This document shows, in pieces, positions 11,282-24,900 of a stretch of 64,000 bases of DNA (positions are counted from its first letter, which is position 1; every line of letters starts with the position of its first letter). The stretch comes from Phoronis australis. Its lineage: Eukaryota > Animalia > Phoronida. The stretch is taken from the NCBI GenBank assembly GCA_002633005.1, contig NMRA01000226.1, positions 591,059 to 655,058 of the forward strand. The letters are read 5' to 3'. Made by a program: the position numbers and the translations under genes. The notes beneath the pieces were generated by a model. That model ran no database searches. It was not told where the DNA came from and worked only from the letters and a program-made list of their open reading frames with translations.

Positions 11282-12905
11282 AACTTCAACTTTCAATGAT
11301 GGATTTAGTCTTGATAATCTGCAGTATCTAAGATAGGCAGGAAAGAGAGTGAAATACCAATTGTTTCATTCAAGGAAGTAGGCTATTAAAATAATGTTTC
11401 GGCTTTCAATGTTATGTTGCTCCCTTGTTTGTTCACTCAACTACCATTTTTTTACAGTTTCCACGTGAAGATTTTGAAAAAAATCTGGCAATGGCTGTAG
11501 ACCAATCGATCATCTATTACATTTTGGGCAAGATATGCCGACAAATGACAATAGTTTTTGATGCAAAGTATTCAACAAACATTTTCTTAAGTCGATGTGA
11601 TTGCAAGCTGTATGTCAACTTGCTCATGTGTAGAAAGTGAGTGAACATTTCAGGCCTTACCTTTTCTACTAGTGAGGCCTTTGCTGGAGGTTTACACTCA
11701 GAGTGGATTATATTTTACAATTATTTAAAAATAATTGTGATGTCATAATCCGGATGGTAGTATTTTTGGCTGACACAATAAGAGCCGAACTGAGATAATT
11801 GTGTCTAAGATAACACACACTACTGGCTTGCAACCCCTTCCCCCGAGGTCAAACAAAGAATTGGACCCAGGCAGTACATGTGCACCATCCGAATAATACA
11901 TAGTGGCAGTAGAGAGTTCAATACGAGTGGCCAGATAAGAATGGTTTTCACACCATGATATTTCTTATTGCTGATGCAGTTTTAATGTTGTAACTAGGTG
12001 TGCGCAATCTTCATTTTGTTAACTTGTCTACAGTGCTGCGCTCTGCGTACTAGGTATTTGTATCATAAAACAACCAGCAAAATAATTTCATTATATTTTT
12101 TATTTTAGCAATTCAAGTAAGTCTTGATCACTTAACAAGGCAAGTAAATTTAAAAGTTAACAATGCACCATTCATTTTTTTCTTTTATCATACCCACCTA
12201 GTTCTCAACATTTCTTAGCCGACTTCATATTTTGACGAAATTGGCCAAAAAACTCCATAGTTGCCAATTCTAAAATGAAAAAGTAGGATACCTGGATCTA
12301 GGATGAAAGAGATCTCTGTGTAAACTCGTAGCAGTGTAGTCAAAATATGATGTTTTGCGATGAAGATTCAGAAAATGGAACAGTCCCACTAAAAGTGTGA
12401 CGTTGACACCTATGGTTCTCGTTCATTGCGCAATGCTTAGTCAATCAATTCTCACTTGCTTTTCCACATTTTAAAGACTACTCGGAACTACCTTGGTGTG
12501 ACCGAGCCCTTGCAAAAGCCATGCAATTTTTAAATGTGACCAATCAATGCTGTATTGGAATGGTACAAACTTTTGAGCACCTTGCCTACTAGTACATTCT
12601 ACGAAATGCACCGCACTTCACTACAGACAACGTTAACATATAATCTCATAGCCTACAAATTATAGAGGACCATTCAATGGAATCTTATGAACAAGCAAAC
12701 ATTTCACTAACGGTGCAGGTACAGCATTTGCACGATTCAGTCTTTTCACTTCATGTATATCCTAAGAACAAGCACATTCTGTTCAGACTCCCTTTATTGG
12801 ACCAAACCCCTCACAACAGCTCTCCTGTTCTGAACACTGCGCTAATCAATTAATGTTTTTCTTTCAGGTAAAGTTCGATAACCCTCCATTCTTTCGCAGT
12901 TATTG

Positions 12906-12977
12906 TCATAAATAGATCTTCCTCAGATCACCAGGGGACGTGATCATATTGCACTGTGGACAAAGTTTCTTGGCACC
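12906..12977 (-). CDS. RNF220: RNF220 last coding exon GAKKLCPQCNMITSPGDLRKIYL*
   Basis: Minus-strand acceptor atttgcag, 72 nt, ends in TGA. Confidence 0.95.
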   Translation of the reverse strand, partial: GAKKLCPQCNMITSPGDLRKIYL

Positions 12978-15900
12978 CTGCAAATAACGAATCGTAACGC
13001 ATTAGCTCACAACATTGGGAACAAAAAACAGAAAAATTTGCTTACTTCAACTACATCCCCGAGGCCATATGTGAAGGACCCAAAGTATGGTGGGGCTTGA
13101 TAAAGCAAATCGTCAATTGCCATCAGTTTGATTGGCAGTACTATTTGCACTTGATCCAACAGGAAGAAGGGGAAATATACTCTAAGGATACTACTGCTTG
13201 AATTGTCTTTCTAGAGCAGTGTCACATGACACAAAGTGTGAGACATGGTGTATGTTTTGGCCATCCTTTAACCAAAGCCAAATCGTATCTGCCCGTCGTT
13301 AACAAAGCCCATTATCACATGATGGGAACAACTTAGACAGAGCAAAATGAAGAAATGGAATTGAAAATTTGTTTTAAAACTGTTTATTTCTAAATGAACA
13401 TTCAGCTGTGTAAGATTTCGAGTTCTACAACATATTTTCTGCATTCAAGCTTGAAGGTGTAAAGTGATTATCACACAGAAAGAAAATAACAGCTCTAGTA
13501 ATTTGTAGGTTCTTTTTGCAAACTACAACGTAGAGTTCACAGTATTATAACTGTAACAATCCATGTATCCCAACTTCAGCATTTTTACAGACATGTAACA
13601 AAATATTGCAGTTGTATCAACACCATACCAGAGTTCGCAACCAGCACTCTTCACAGTGCACGTGCCAACATTGAATAGAAACCAGTGGGGTGCTGTACGT
13701 CTCCTGCAACAAAGACACAACTAATGTTTAACATAGTCAGGTATTTCTGTGAGTAAGCCTCAGTTCTTACATACAGAAGACAATATTTGTTCTTAAATCC
13801 TCATACGTGTGCATGTAAACCTTAGAGGGCTGGGGTGTACAAACAAAAACGCATTACACGAGACCGCGCTAGTAACATGAAATGACCCGTTNCTCTCTCC
13901 TTAGCCTCCTCCTCGTCTGAGTTACATGGAATGACATCTGCCTCACTATACTGACATGTACCGTACTGTTCTGACTCATCTCCATCCACGTTCAAGTCAA
14001 CGTCGTCCTCATCCTCCATCTTGCTGGTAGTGGCAAAGCCAGAACCTACAACCAGAAGATGAAAATAGACTAGCAAAACTGGACACAAACCTGTATATCG
14101 TGGTCGCGGTGTAACTTGCGCGAAAAACCTTCCAAAGGAAAAACACGTCTTCCTCCAGAAGATAAGTCCGTGGAATGGTTCGCTTTGCGCATGTCCGTAT
14201 CTCATGGTAGTACTCAGGGGAATTCTGGGAGGAATAAAATTGGTCTCAACTTGTTCCTTACACAGACAAAAAGTGACTACTGGGTTTGCAGTGAAATGAC
14301 AATTCGTACTTCCTTCAGGTCATGCTTGGTACACAAAAGAAGCAAACTTTCAGAGTCTGGTCTCGAGCAATAACAAAATGTCAGTTCTTTTGAAGTCTCA
14401 AAATCACGTCCAATTTGGCTACGAAACAATTCGAGACCAATTTCATAATTTACACCACATGGACTAAATCAAAAGCTGTTTGTGAACGAAGGCAAGTTTA
14501 CATCTGCTTCAACAGCACAATTTCACGTGGTGAACAATGCTGTCAACCTAACTAAAAGAGCAGGTGCATATGTACAGGGTCAAGGGATGTTGGCCTAACG
14601 ATGGAAAACAAAACGTCAACTATGTCTTTCCAATGTCAGACCTTCGATTGAAGAATGAATACCATGGCAAGAAGATGAGTGTTGATTAAAGGTGCATTTC
14701 AATTTAGCTGCTTAAGAAACACAAGTCTTTTACTCTCATAAAATCAGTCTCAAAATATTCCTCACCGTAATACCATTCTATTTCCATTACAAACTCAGGT
14801 CATAGACAATGATGCAAACGCGCCATTTTTGAATTCACAATTTTAGTTTTGGTTAACCCGAATAAACCCTGAAACATTTCCTAGAGTCATTGATGATTTC
14901 GATAATTGTTGGGATCAATAATAGAAAGCTATCATAGAAAGAAATATGAGACTGATTTCATGAAAGTGAAAGGCTGGATTCGATTTTCCGTAAGTTTTTA
15001 GTTAGCTAAATGTTTCCCTAAGTTTTCAGTTAGCTAAATGAGGTGAAATGCAGAGATAACCTGCCACAAATTTCAGGTGGTTACCCTAAAGTCATTTCTC
15101 ACCTTTCAGGCCACCCTCCAACATGGTGCTAGCTCTGATGCGTGTCTGTCCTGCCCACGTGTACTCCTCAAACTGATCACTCTCATTCAGATCCTCCACA
15201 TCCACAGCGCCCCCTTTCTGTAACCAACAACATTATGCGTTACTTAATTTTCCAATTGAAACAAGATTTCCAGATTGTCCGTGACATTTTAGGATTTTTA
15301 CAATTAAACACAATCTTAACATCTCCATGAAATTTAGAGAAAGATGGAACAGGCAATTTTGGTTGAACAGATGCCTGAATAGTGAGACAGCTCATTTAGA
15401 GTCTTATTCAAATTGTACAATGCTACGTCAACTAAGAACTATCTTGAAGTCCATACATGACAACAGAGTGATCTCAAAAATCATTTGCGTATTCAATGAC
15501 GAAGCAAAAACGAAGCTAAGCTGGGCAGCAGATTACGGCGACTACTGAGACTCGAGTCATCACACAAGGTTCTCAGCACTAAACTTGACGAACATTGCTG
15601 TGTTTCGCTCGACAACGGGAACAGCAGAGTTCACAATGATCATATCCTTCATCACTTTCCTCCAGAAAAGAAAAAAGAACTGAGAAAAGGATCATATTAT
15701 ACGATGGCAGACCATACCAAGGTAAGCCTACTCTAACTTTTGACCAGTGACGAAAAAATTCATCAAGATTCCTTGGTCACCCTAGCTTAGTGTTCAGCAG
15801 ACTGTTGACCTTGTTGTATAGAATTTTTTGTTCATTCAAAATATTTAGTAGTGCACAAAACGACTAACATGTTCGTTTTTACAGTAAAGCTTCTAATAGC

Positions 15901-18900
15901 AGTTGGGTGTTTATCAATTTTACTTATTCTACCCCAAAACCTACGGTAACCCCAATCTGTGACCGCCGCTTTTCAGAGACCTAGCATTTCATTACGTACC
16001 TTTAGTACAAATTACCCCGATTCTATTGGAAAAAGTGGTTCCCATTACCACTCAGCTGACGGTTCTTTGAGAGTCCCACATTTTGATCCCATCTAGGTAT
16101 TACTTTAAACAGATTAACTGGAGCGAGTAACTTGATATTTGTAATAGAACATTGGTTATTCTATGTTCATAAACATATAAATACCACACTAATGTTATGA
16201 TAAACTTTCACCAGTTTCATTACATTATACTCCTTGAATGAGACCAGGAAATACCCGAGGCCCAGACTTGACTTGCAGCATGCCAATATGATACTCATTC
16301 ATTGCGACATGATGAACTCTACGTAATATTTTAATCTTTTATTCAACTGTTCATGCCCTGAGCTACTGAATATTAACTTTTCAACGAAACCAAAATTATA
16401 AATGATGTACACAGCACATATCGCCTGTACACTAAGTGGAGGCAGCCATTACATTGCTGTGCATAGCCTCACTTTCGTACTTCACATGAATATTAATGAG
16501 ATTTTTTTAAGAACTTCATCTTTTGCTCGTTTTGAAATGTACACTATCCAAACTCCAGTTCACACAGACCCACAACAGACATGCAAGAAGATTTACCCTT
16601 TTCAAGCACTGCTCCACGTGACTGTTCAACTCGTCCGCTGTGCCAAACAGTCTTTCGTTACACACGGGACAGTGGGCTTCATCGCCACTCCTCCTTTTAC
16701 GTGCCCTGCTGCGTACTGCAATACAACAACATAGCGCGGGTCACTACATAATGTCCCACAAATCAACAATGACCAAGCGTTTTACATTTAATGAGCAACT
16801 GAAAGATATGATATCTGCTACAATAAAATCTCATCAATTTAGGACACAATATGGCTGAAAAGTGAAACTTTATTTTTCAACAAATATCCTTCTCAAAATT
16901 ACAGTGATTCACACATAATAAAATCTCACCAGTTTCGGGCAAAAATAATTTTCAAAATGTTATATGATAGAGACATTACAGCCAGCAACTTAAACATGGT
17001 AAGGTCGGAAGAAATTGTAAAAAATCCGAATGGTAATAACGTATATTAACCTAATATTTCTGGACTCTATGGTACAAGAGCATACGGATTCTTGCTTCTG
17101 CTATGGGAAGAGGCAGTCGTGAATTTGTGATCTTAGGGAGAAAATGCCAAATTCGCAAGTTTTTGGTCATTTTTCGGACATCTCAAACTCTATTGCAATG
17201 GACGTAGCAAGACAAAGACATGGCTTTGTTGAATTTTATCGTCTTTGTGTATATGTTCTGTAAGTTGTTTTTTTCAAGTGTCATGAAACAGGGTGGAAAC
17301 AATGGCTTTTGTTGAACTACACCAGGCATCAGTCTTTGCTCTAACTTCATGCTAAATGTCTTTTATGAAAAATGGGTTAGGCAGATTTCGCTCATTCAGC
17401 ATACCATGTCCTGTAAGATTTTACAGTATTTTGCAAACAATAGGAAACAAGTTGGACACGTGAAATTTTATTGTATGAAATTTCTCAATGAAAATTATTG
17501 AGAATTTTCCCGCTGTTACATGGTATTTTACTGTGTAGATGCCAAACAACAATCGACACAGTTTCCATTAGTTGTAGTAAGTTAATGCGTCTTTGAAAAA
17601 ATAGAAAGAATAGAATTTGGCAATCAGTTTTGTGCAAAATAAGTGAAACATTGTCATAATAAAAACAACAGTAAATATCACAAGACACGTCATAGTAAAA
17701 AAGATCGGAACACCACCATAACTGTGTGTGATTTAATCCATGGTTGCTGCGCCAAGTAAATACCGTTTTCAAGAGGCCGCAACATTGACCCATATAAAAG
17801 GTGGAGTTTAACATAGGCATATATATCTATCTATACCTAAATCTATATTTAAAAACTGATGTAATTAACTACATCTACATCTACATCTACAAATACATAT
17901 ACATATACATATGTGTATATATTACTGTGCAATATAAATGTCCAACTACTAGTGGATACCATGGTCTTACACTTAACACATGGACAAGGAACGCGAGTCT
18001 CTTAGAAACTTCCTTCCACTTGTACAGTTGTACCTATCATTTCCTTGATTATTTGATCACATTTCACGGGTTATAATAAACTATAATTTTGTCACTATTC
18101 CGTCTCACTAGTTCAATTATAACAATATATCTGCAATGCAATTCTGCTCTGTCAGTCACGATAATGACTTGGTCCAGGCAAACCTAATTAATGCCAACTG
18201 ATTCAGCACGCCTCAACGTACATATTAATTAAAACAACTTTTCTATTGCCATAATAATCATGTTAGCACATACTCAACTATCCGTTCATTCCTCTCAATC
18301 GCACGGACAAATAAACACAAAGGGAATTTCAAGTAGCAGACATTTGATATCATTGAAACCAATTATAAATTTAAGATGTACTTTAAGGCAAAAAAGCAAA
18401 GTTGGTTCCGGTCTTTACCCCCGCTCGCCAACTAAAAAAAACACCCACCCATATCAATTTCAGCCGAAGTTTCATTTTTTTGAAAAGCTGCACAAAGGCA
18501 CGTAAACAAGGGTAAGCAAGATTTGAAGCGCCATGACTTGCCTAGTTATGAGTAAAAAAAGCCAAAAAAAACATTTTGCATGTCTCAGGTGGACTTCCTT
18601 TTTTAAAAAGTGAGCAACTAAAAATACAGCCCCAACAAAAAAAGAGACCAGAACCAATTATGCTTTTTTGGTCAAAGAAAGTTATTTTATACTCTGGGGC
18701 AAAGGAATAGTACTTTATTAGACTGGTCTTAATGTTAACTGCATTTATTCAAAGACAGGACACAATAGCATTTGTCTACTTTCTAAAAAGCCACACACAT
18801 TCAACAGACGCCCCAGTTCAGTGAAACTGATATTAAATCAACGTAATGGGAACCTTTTCTTTATAAAGATGTTATAAATGTTCACACACCGGGTTATCGT

Positions 18901-21900
18901 TTAATGTGCTGAACATATTTAGTGTTGTTGTTCATCAAACTAATGTCGATATAACTAGCTCTACGCGACACTAGCAGTTGTCAGGCTGGACTATTGCCCA
19001 TGACGGCCATTTGTCATACACTATAGAAAGTCGTCGTTCCCATGACTTAAAAGTATTAAGTATTGTCTTTTGAAATGTTTTGTTTTCTTAAGACAGGGAA
19101 TGGAAGGTCAGACGGCTTTTGGACATTTTAAAAACAAGTACATTTGGTCAACATACACTTGCCATTTTTTTCTCTCCTCTGCACCTTTTATGAAAAAATT
19201 CATTACAAATGTAACACAAATTTCAGTAATAATAGCTTACAGGGGTCTCAAATTTGAGAACCAATTTTCTTCACTGAATAACAATAATCTTAATCTAAAT
19301 TATCTCTGTTAGGGATTATTGCCCAAAATTCATTTTTTTTTTCTTTATGTATTTGGCATTTTTGAAAGCTCTTGACCAGTAAACTAAGTAAGAGAACTGA
19401 TACCGGTATTTTTTAAAATAAACAGGACAACATCGAAATTTGACAAAGCTTCAACACACAAAACCATGAGTAAAATATCCATTTCCTTTCGCCTAAAATC
19501 TGTTTCAATGTCAGCTAAATCTCAACAAATTCTCGTCAGGTGTTGCTCCACGTACTTTGTCGAAATTGTGACAATCTACAGAGCAATGACATTCACATAT
19601 AAACAATTTAGTGGCTAGGGGCCCGTACAGTCAAATTAAATTGTCTCTTTTATTAAATTTCAACAAAAGCGCTATTTTATTGTGATACAAATACGACTGA
19701 ACTGTCAAATAATTCTGGCAGAGTTCTGACCAAGTTCATTTAGTTTATTTTGAAAACTTTGAAAAAGGAGATTTTCCATTAAGGACAAACATTTTCAAAT
19801 CCAATTTTCATGTTCAATATTGATTACCATTGCAACTTTCCAGATCACAATGTTCTCCTGATTTGACAGTTGTTTACCCACAATGCTATGCACATGTAGG
19901 GAATTCATTGTACTGGTCCAGTGCTAATCACTCACTTACATTTACAAAAGGTTAACTTCGAGTTATTTATAAATTGTACCACTGACTGCAATGGCCAAGG
20001 ACAGCTGTCCAGAAGAGAAAATTAATAAAATATTAGAGACCGCAAACCACTGCTCGTTACTTGAGAAAGTACACAACAGACCAACTATAATTACTCGGTC
20101 TTAATAACAAGAAGTTTCGCAAACACCATTTAACCAAATCAATGAATCAAATCATCTGTTAACAGCTTTGGTAAGCAAAAATGAGAGGCATGGGAGGTAG
20201 AGAGAACCGAGTATCATTCACACACAAAGAAGTCCAACTAGAAACACTCAGAGGTTGGGGATGTTTTCACTTTAACTCATCTGGAACACTAGAGGTGTAG
20301 TGTTCAGCTACAGAGGTGGATATCGAATATCTCGGGTGATGAGTCTCTTATATAGTGGAGGATATCGGATATCCTCAGTGAAGAGTTTGTAGACAATGGT
20401 GGCTCAATCAGGTGTGCCAGTGAAAGACTCAAGTCACACTGTTATTCAAACTCTCACGAGTGTATCAAATCAATTGACACTCGCTGGTATCAAATACATA
20501 CACCATAGACACGAGTGACGGACAGTCAATAAACTGTCAAGCATTATTCAATTATTCCTAGAACCAGACTTCTGTACTGTGAGTCTGTTCACAAATTTCT
20601 GATTCCGTATTTATGTACAAAACAGTTTCTCTCTCCTGAAAGTTCTAACCTCTTTCTTTACAACCAGAAACAGTAACCACGAAAATAAGAATTATTATGT
20701 AATAGTGCATCAAAGCATAATAAAATCTCACCAACTCGTAACAGTAATGTCATCTTTTGTATTTAACGAAATAAAATGTAAAAAAATCCCGACAACAGTT
20801 ATTGCCAAAACCACCCTTCATGACTTTTCCAGGACTTTTGGCATACGGAATCAAACTTAAGACACAAATTCAATGTAACTTAAGTAATGAACTTGAAAAA
20901 GCCTTCACATGGTGTTCTTTGATTTTTAAAAAAATATGAGAAAATGAAAGAAAATGACGAAATCAAACTGATACGTTTTCAGTTTAATCAAATAAAAGTG
21001 GAATTAAGGTGTAATTGTTAAACGCTTACTGGCGGTTGGTGAGACACAAGTGCTTGTTAGAGGAATCCTGATTATATCAGGGTATCATTACAAACTAATC
21101 AACACAGTTTTCTGCATCGGTGCAAACATTTTAATTAAACGTAGCCTTAATACTGTCCCCTGGCTTAGCAGATCATCCTTATTTTGTTTCATAAAACGGC
21201 AAGTGATCACGTTTCCTACATATTACAACTCTAGTGAACATCCTCCTCAATAACCATGGTAACAGCATAAATTTACTCTCGTTTCGAATGACAAAATTTG
21301 GGACTGTTGGTATAAGACAGTTAGTAATAGCTTTTTAGTACCAAGGTCCAGAGAATATGAACATCAAAACAATTCATAAAACAACTGTTTAGTGAATCAT
21401 ATTTCGTTTAACACTATAGTACTTTACTATCTCCCAAAATAAAGGTTAAATTTAGAAGATTTTTAAATGAGAGAATAATGCATCTCATAGTTATGTAGCA
21501 CTTTATAGACATGTCTGTGTTTATTTAGCTAAATATCAACAAAACTACTGATTTTAATTCAATAAATTAAATAAATTTATTTTCTGAAATAGAAAGCGTG
21601 TAGGATTTGATTTCTAATTTCACACCAATCTCCCCTTAATTACATCACATGACCACAACTTGTCAGTAAAATTTAGGTAAAAAGCAACTGTACGTCCATT
21701 CCATATACACTGGTAAAGATGAAATCTCAAAAAAAACTTTAAAATTTCTACATTATCATTTTGTTTTCATTTAATGTAACGTTTGAGTTTGATCAGAGAA
21801 ATCACAAAAGTCATACTACGTGGGTTTACCATGAATCCGAAGAGAAATTTCTGAGATGTGATTTTTTGACGTTTGACAAATTTGGACATTTTCTTAGGGT

Positions 21901-24900
21901 TCTACATAACCATAAACACCCTCCTCCAGACCTTTAACTGATGCTTTTGGAGTCTATTCCCTTAAGCAAACTACACTGCAGTGAATTTATTAAGGAAATA
22001 ATACTGTCTAATTTACTTTCAAAGCTCACACTGCACATCAAATACAGAGAATTTAATTTCATAGTATACCATTCTTTCAAAGTGGAACTTGCAGGCCAAT
22101 CCCTCATCACTGTGATTATTGGCCAAATTAGCTAGAAACACAACATATAGTGACCACTTGAATATGAAGTAGGTTGAAAATTTCCAAATCTTTTAAGAAC
22201 GCGATTTGTGGCGAAAATGATCTGCTGCAAATGACTGCACCGTGTCCACTAAGTATCGTAACGCAACGTTGTGTTGTGGAATAGCACTGCATGATGTGAG
22301 CCCGCGAGGTATGTCATTAGAGTAAAGGTCACCAATTTGCAGAAGTTTTTGCTTTCACATTTACAAGTTGTCAATGAATACAACAACTATAGTTTGTTTA
22401 GCATAGACGATGTTCAAATAGCATTGTCGTTTAGATCCAGCTGCATGCAAATACATCAGTTGTCTTTAAAGTCGCTAGATACGAGTTTAGAGAATAAGAT
22501 TGGATAAAATTCAAATAAAACCATATTTTTGCATGTTTATACATCGAAACAAATTGTGGCCTTTGACCCAGTTCCAAAAATCACCTAAGTCACCTGTTCT
22601 TGCACTCTCTAACAATAAACACGGAAAACTTCATCTGTGTCCCGAAAAATCTGAAATATTGGCAACCGAATACAAAAAAATGATGTGTGAAACCTTTTCA
22701 AAACTATAAGAAACTCCAAAAATCTTGCCTAGTTACAATTCTAAACAATTCAAAATTGATCAAGAAAGGGTAAAAAAACGTGGATTTATCAAATTTGACA
22801 TTGCACGAGTTCACCAAAAATTTGTTCTAAAAAGTGGAAATGTGTTTACAGCTCAACATTTAAAGGACACGCTTTTTATTAACTACACAAATCGAATCAA
22901 AGATGGCGCTAAATAACAATACAACAGGGTTAACTACCAGCCACAGAGAACACTAGTTTTATTAAAGACGATAATACACAGGGTTTGCTCAATAAATGTC
23001 ACTACTTCAAATGCTGGGCTTTAATAAATTGAAAAGGAATCACACATCAATAAACAAGCAATAAACAGAGTCTTAGAGCCAAGCGGATTAACCAGCGTTT
23101 TTCCTGCTGGCTAGATGTCATGTCCAACTGATTTATTAGGAAATCTAACAACACAATCACGTTGTTCTGTTTAGCTCCCTGAAGCTTCACATGTTGTAAT
23201 CAGTCCTTGCCCTCATTTCGAGCTGATTTTCCCTTTCATATGCGAAGATTAATTCTTTAAAATGATGTCACTAGGATGCCCATTAAAAGGAAATTAATTG
23301 AGATATAGAACATCCTTAAAGGCAATGTGATACAGCGAGAAATATGTGTATACTTGTTACTTGGTAGATACTGAGGAGGTATAAGCCAAAATAAAATAGG
23401 GCATAAAACACACCTTTAATCTCCATTAGCATAAAGCACATACAGGTAAGCTAGTGACTTGATGTATTTTATACTGCTGAAGAATTAATGTGCATTTCAT
23501 ACAGCAAGAGAGGTAACCCACTTAAAAAATATACAGCCAAAAATTCTTCAATTTGGGGCAAAAATAATTTTTAAAATTGCAATATTTCTATATTTCAGAG
23601 GTTTACCTCACTGTTGCACATGCTCAAATTTTTACCAAATGTTGCTTAGTAATACCTACATCATACAAAACATGCCAAAAGCAAGGTTCCCTGAAAAGTT
23701 ATTTTTGTTGGAAGATTTGATGAATTAAATGTAATTTCACCTGTTTGCCACATTCTCTTCCAAACTGAAGTATTTTTAACGGCATAAAGTTAAATAAGTT
23801 TGCAAGTAATATGGGACAATAAAACTTCGCACTTCCAACAACCACATCACAAACAAAATAATTGCTCTATCATGTGACTTTGATGGCCAGGCATCATAGT
23901 GCGTTAACTACTGAAGCTCATCTGAAAGGCTCATCCAACTTGGCAGTTTACATTCACATGCTCCTCCAGCACTGCACTTAAGTTGATACGAAAGGAATGC
24001 AAGGCTTGAGCTGACGAACAAGTAGAACATTTTACTTTTATTTGAATTACATGTCTCATATCTAATTCAACGGTGAAAGAATAACATTCATTATCACTTT
24101 AATTTAACCATGAAATTTATTTTACTATGTTTCCTTCATTCCTGTATTCAGTCCTGCACAAATCCATACTCTTATCAATACTATTTCCGTAACTTTGAAT
24201 AAAAGTAATCTGCCTGTAGCGATAAGAAAGCTGGAGTTAAATGTGAACGCTAAATTCATGCCTGCCAGTTTGGTAAATTCAGCATATTTGAACTTTTTTA
24301 CTTGACTTTATAGAAAGCAAAGTAAATTGACACGGTGAGCGAGTAGTGCAACATACACAGAGTGTCTCACTAGCTGGTTCACTGCAGAGGTAGTTATGAT
24401 GCCTGGTCTGCCATCATTACTCAAATCCAATGTTACATAACAACAGGGACTCAAAACCAGTGGGCATCTCAGCAACTGAACCCCAATCAGAAAAGTAAAA
24501 AGGAACACAACTACCAAACTCAGACCGGCTGACATTTTAAAACTTACCACTGCGCACTTCCTTGATGATAAACTGGACATTTGTAATCAATTTGATTTTT
24601 AAACAAATTCACTAAATTGGTTGAAAATAGGTTTAACAGTGCGTAAAATATACCAAACTGACCACTAATGCCTTCCATCTCAAGGACAATGTATCTAAGC
24701 GTGATCTTGGGTTTTTGTGAAAAGAACTGGAGCAGGATGACCAAGGCAGAATAATCATAGGACCATGTTTACGCTGGCACTGACTGTAGCAACATGATGA
24801 GAGCTGAACTAGTGCAGAGGAAGGTGAGAGGCATTGTTAGCTCTCTATAACAGCTGATTGGGAGTGCATCATTTGGACACTTGCATAATCAGGTACTATA

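Noticed and set aside
13822-14205. 127-aa ORF as a standalone gene
   Set aside because: Only 13893-14045 is an RNF220 exon; the rest is intron read-through across an N.
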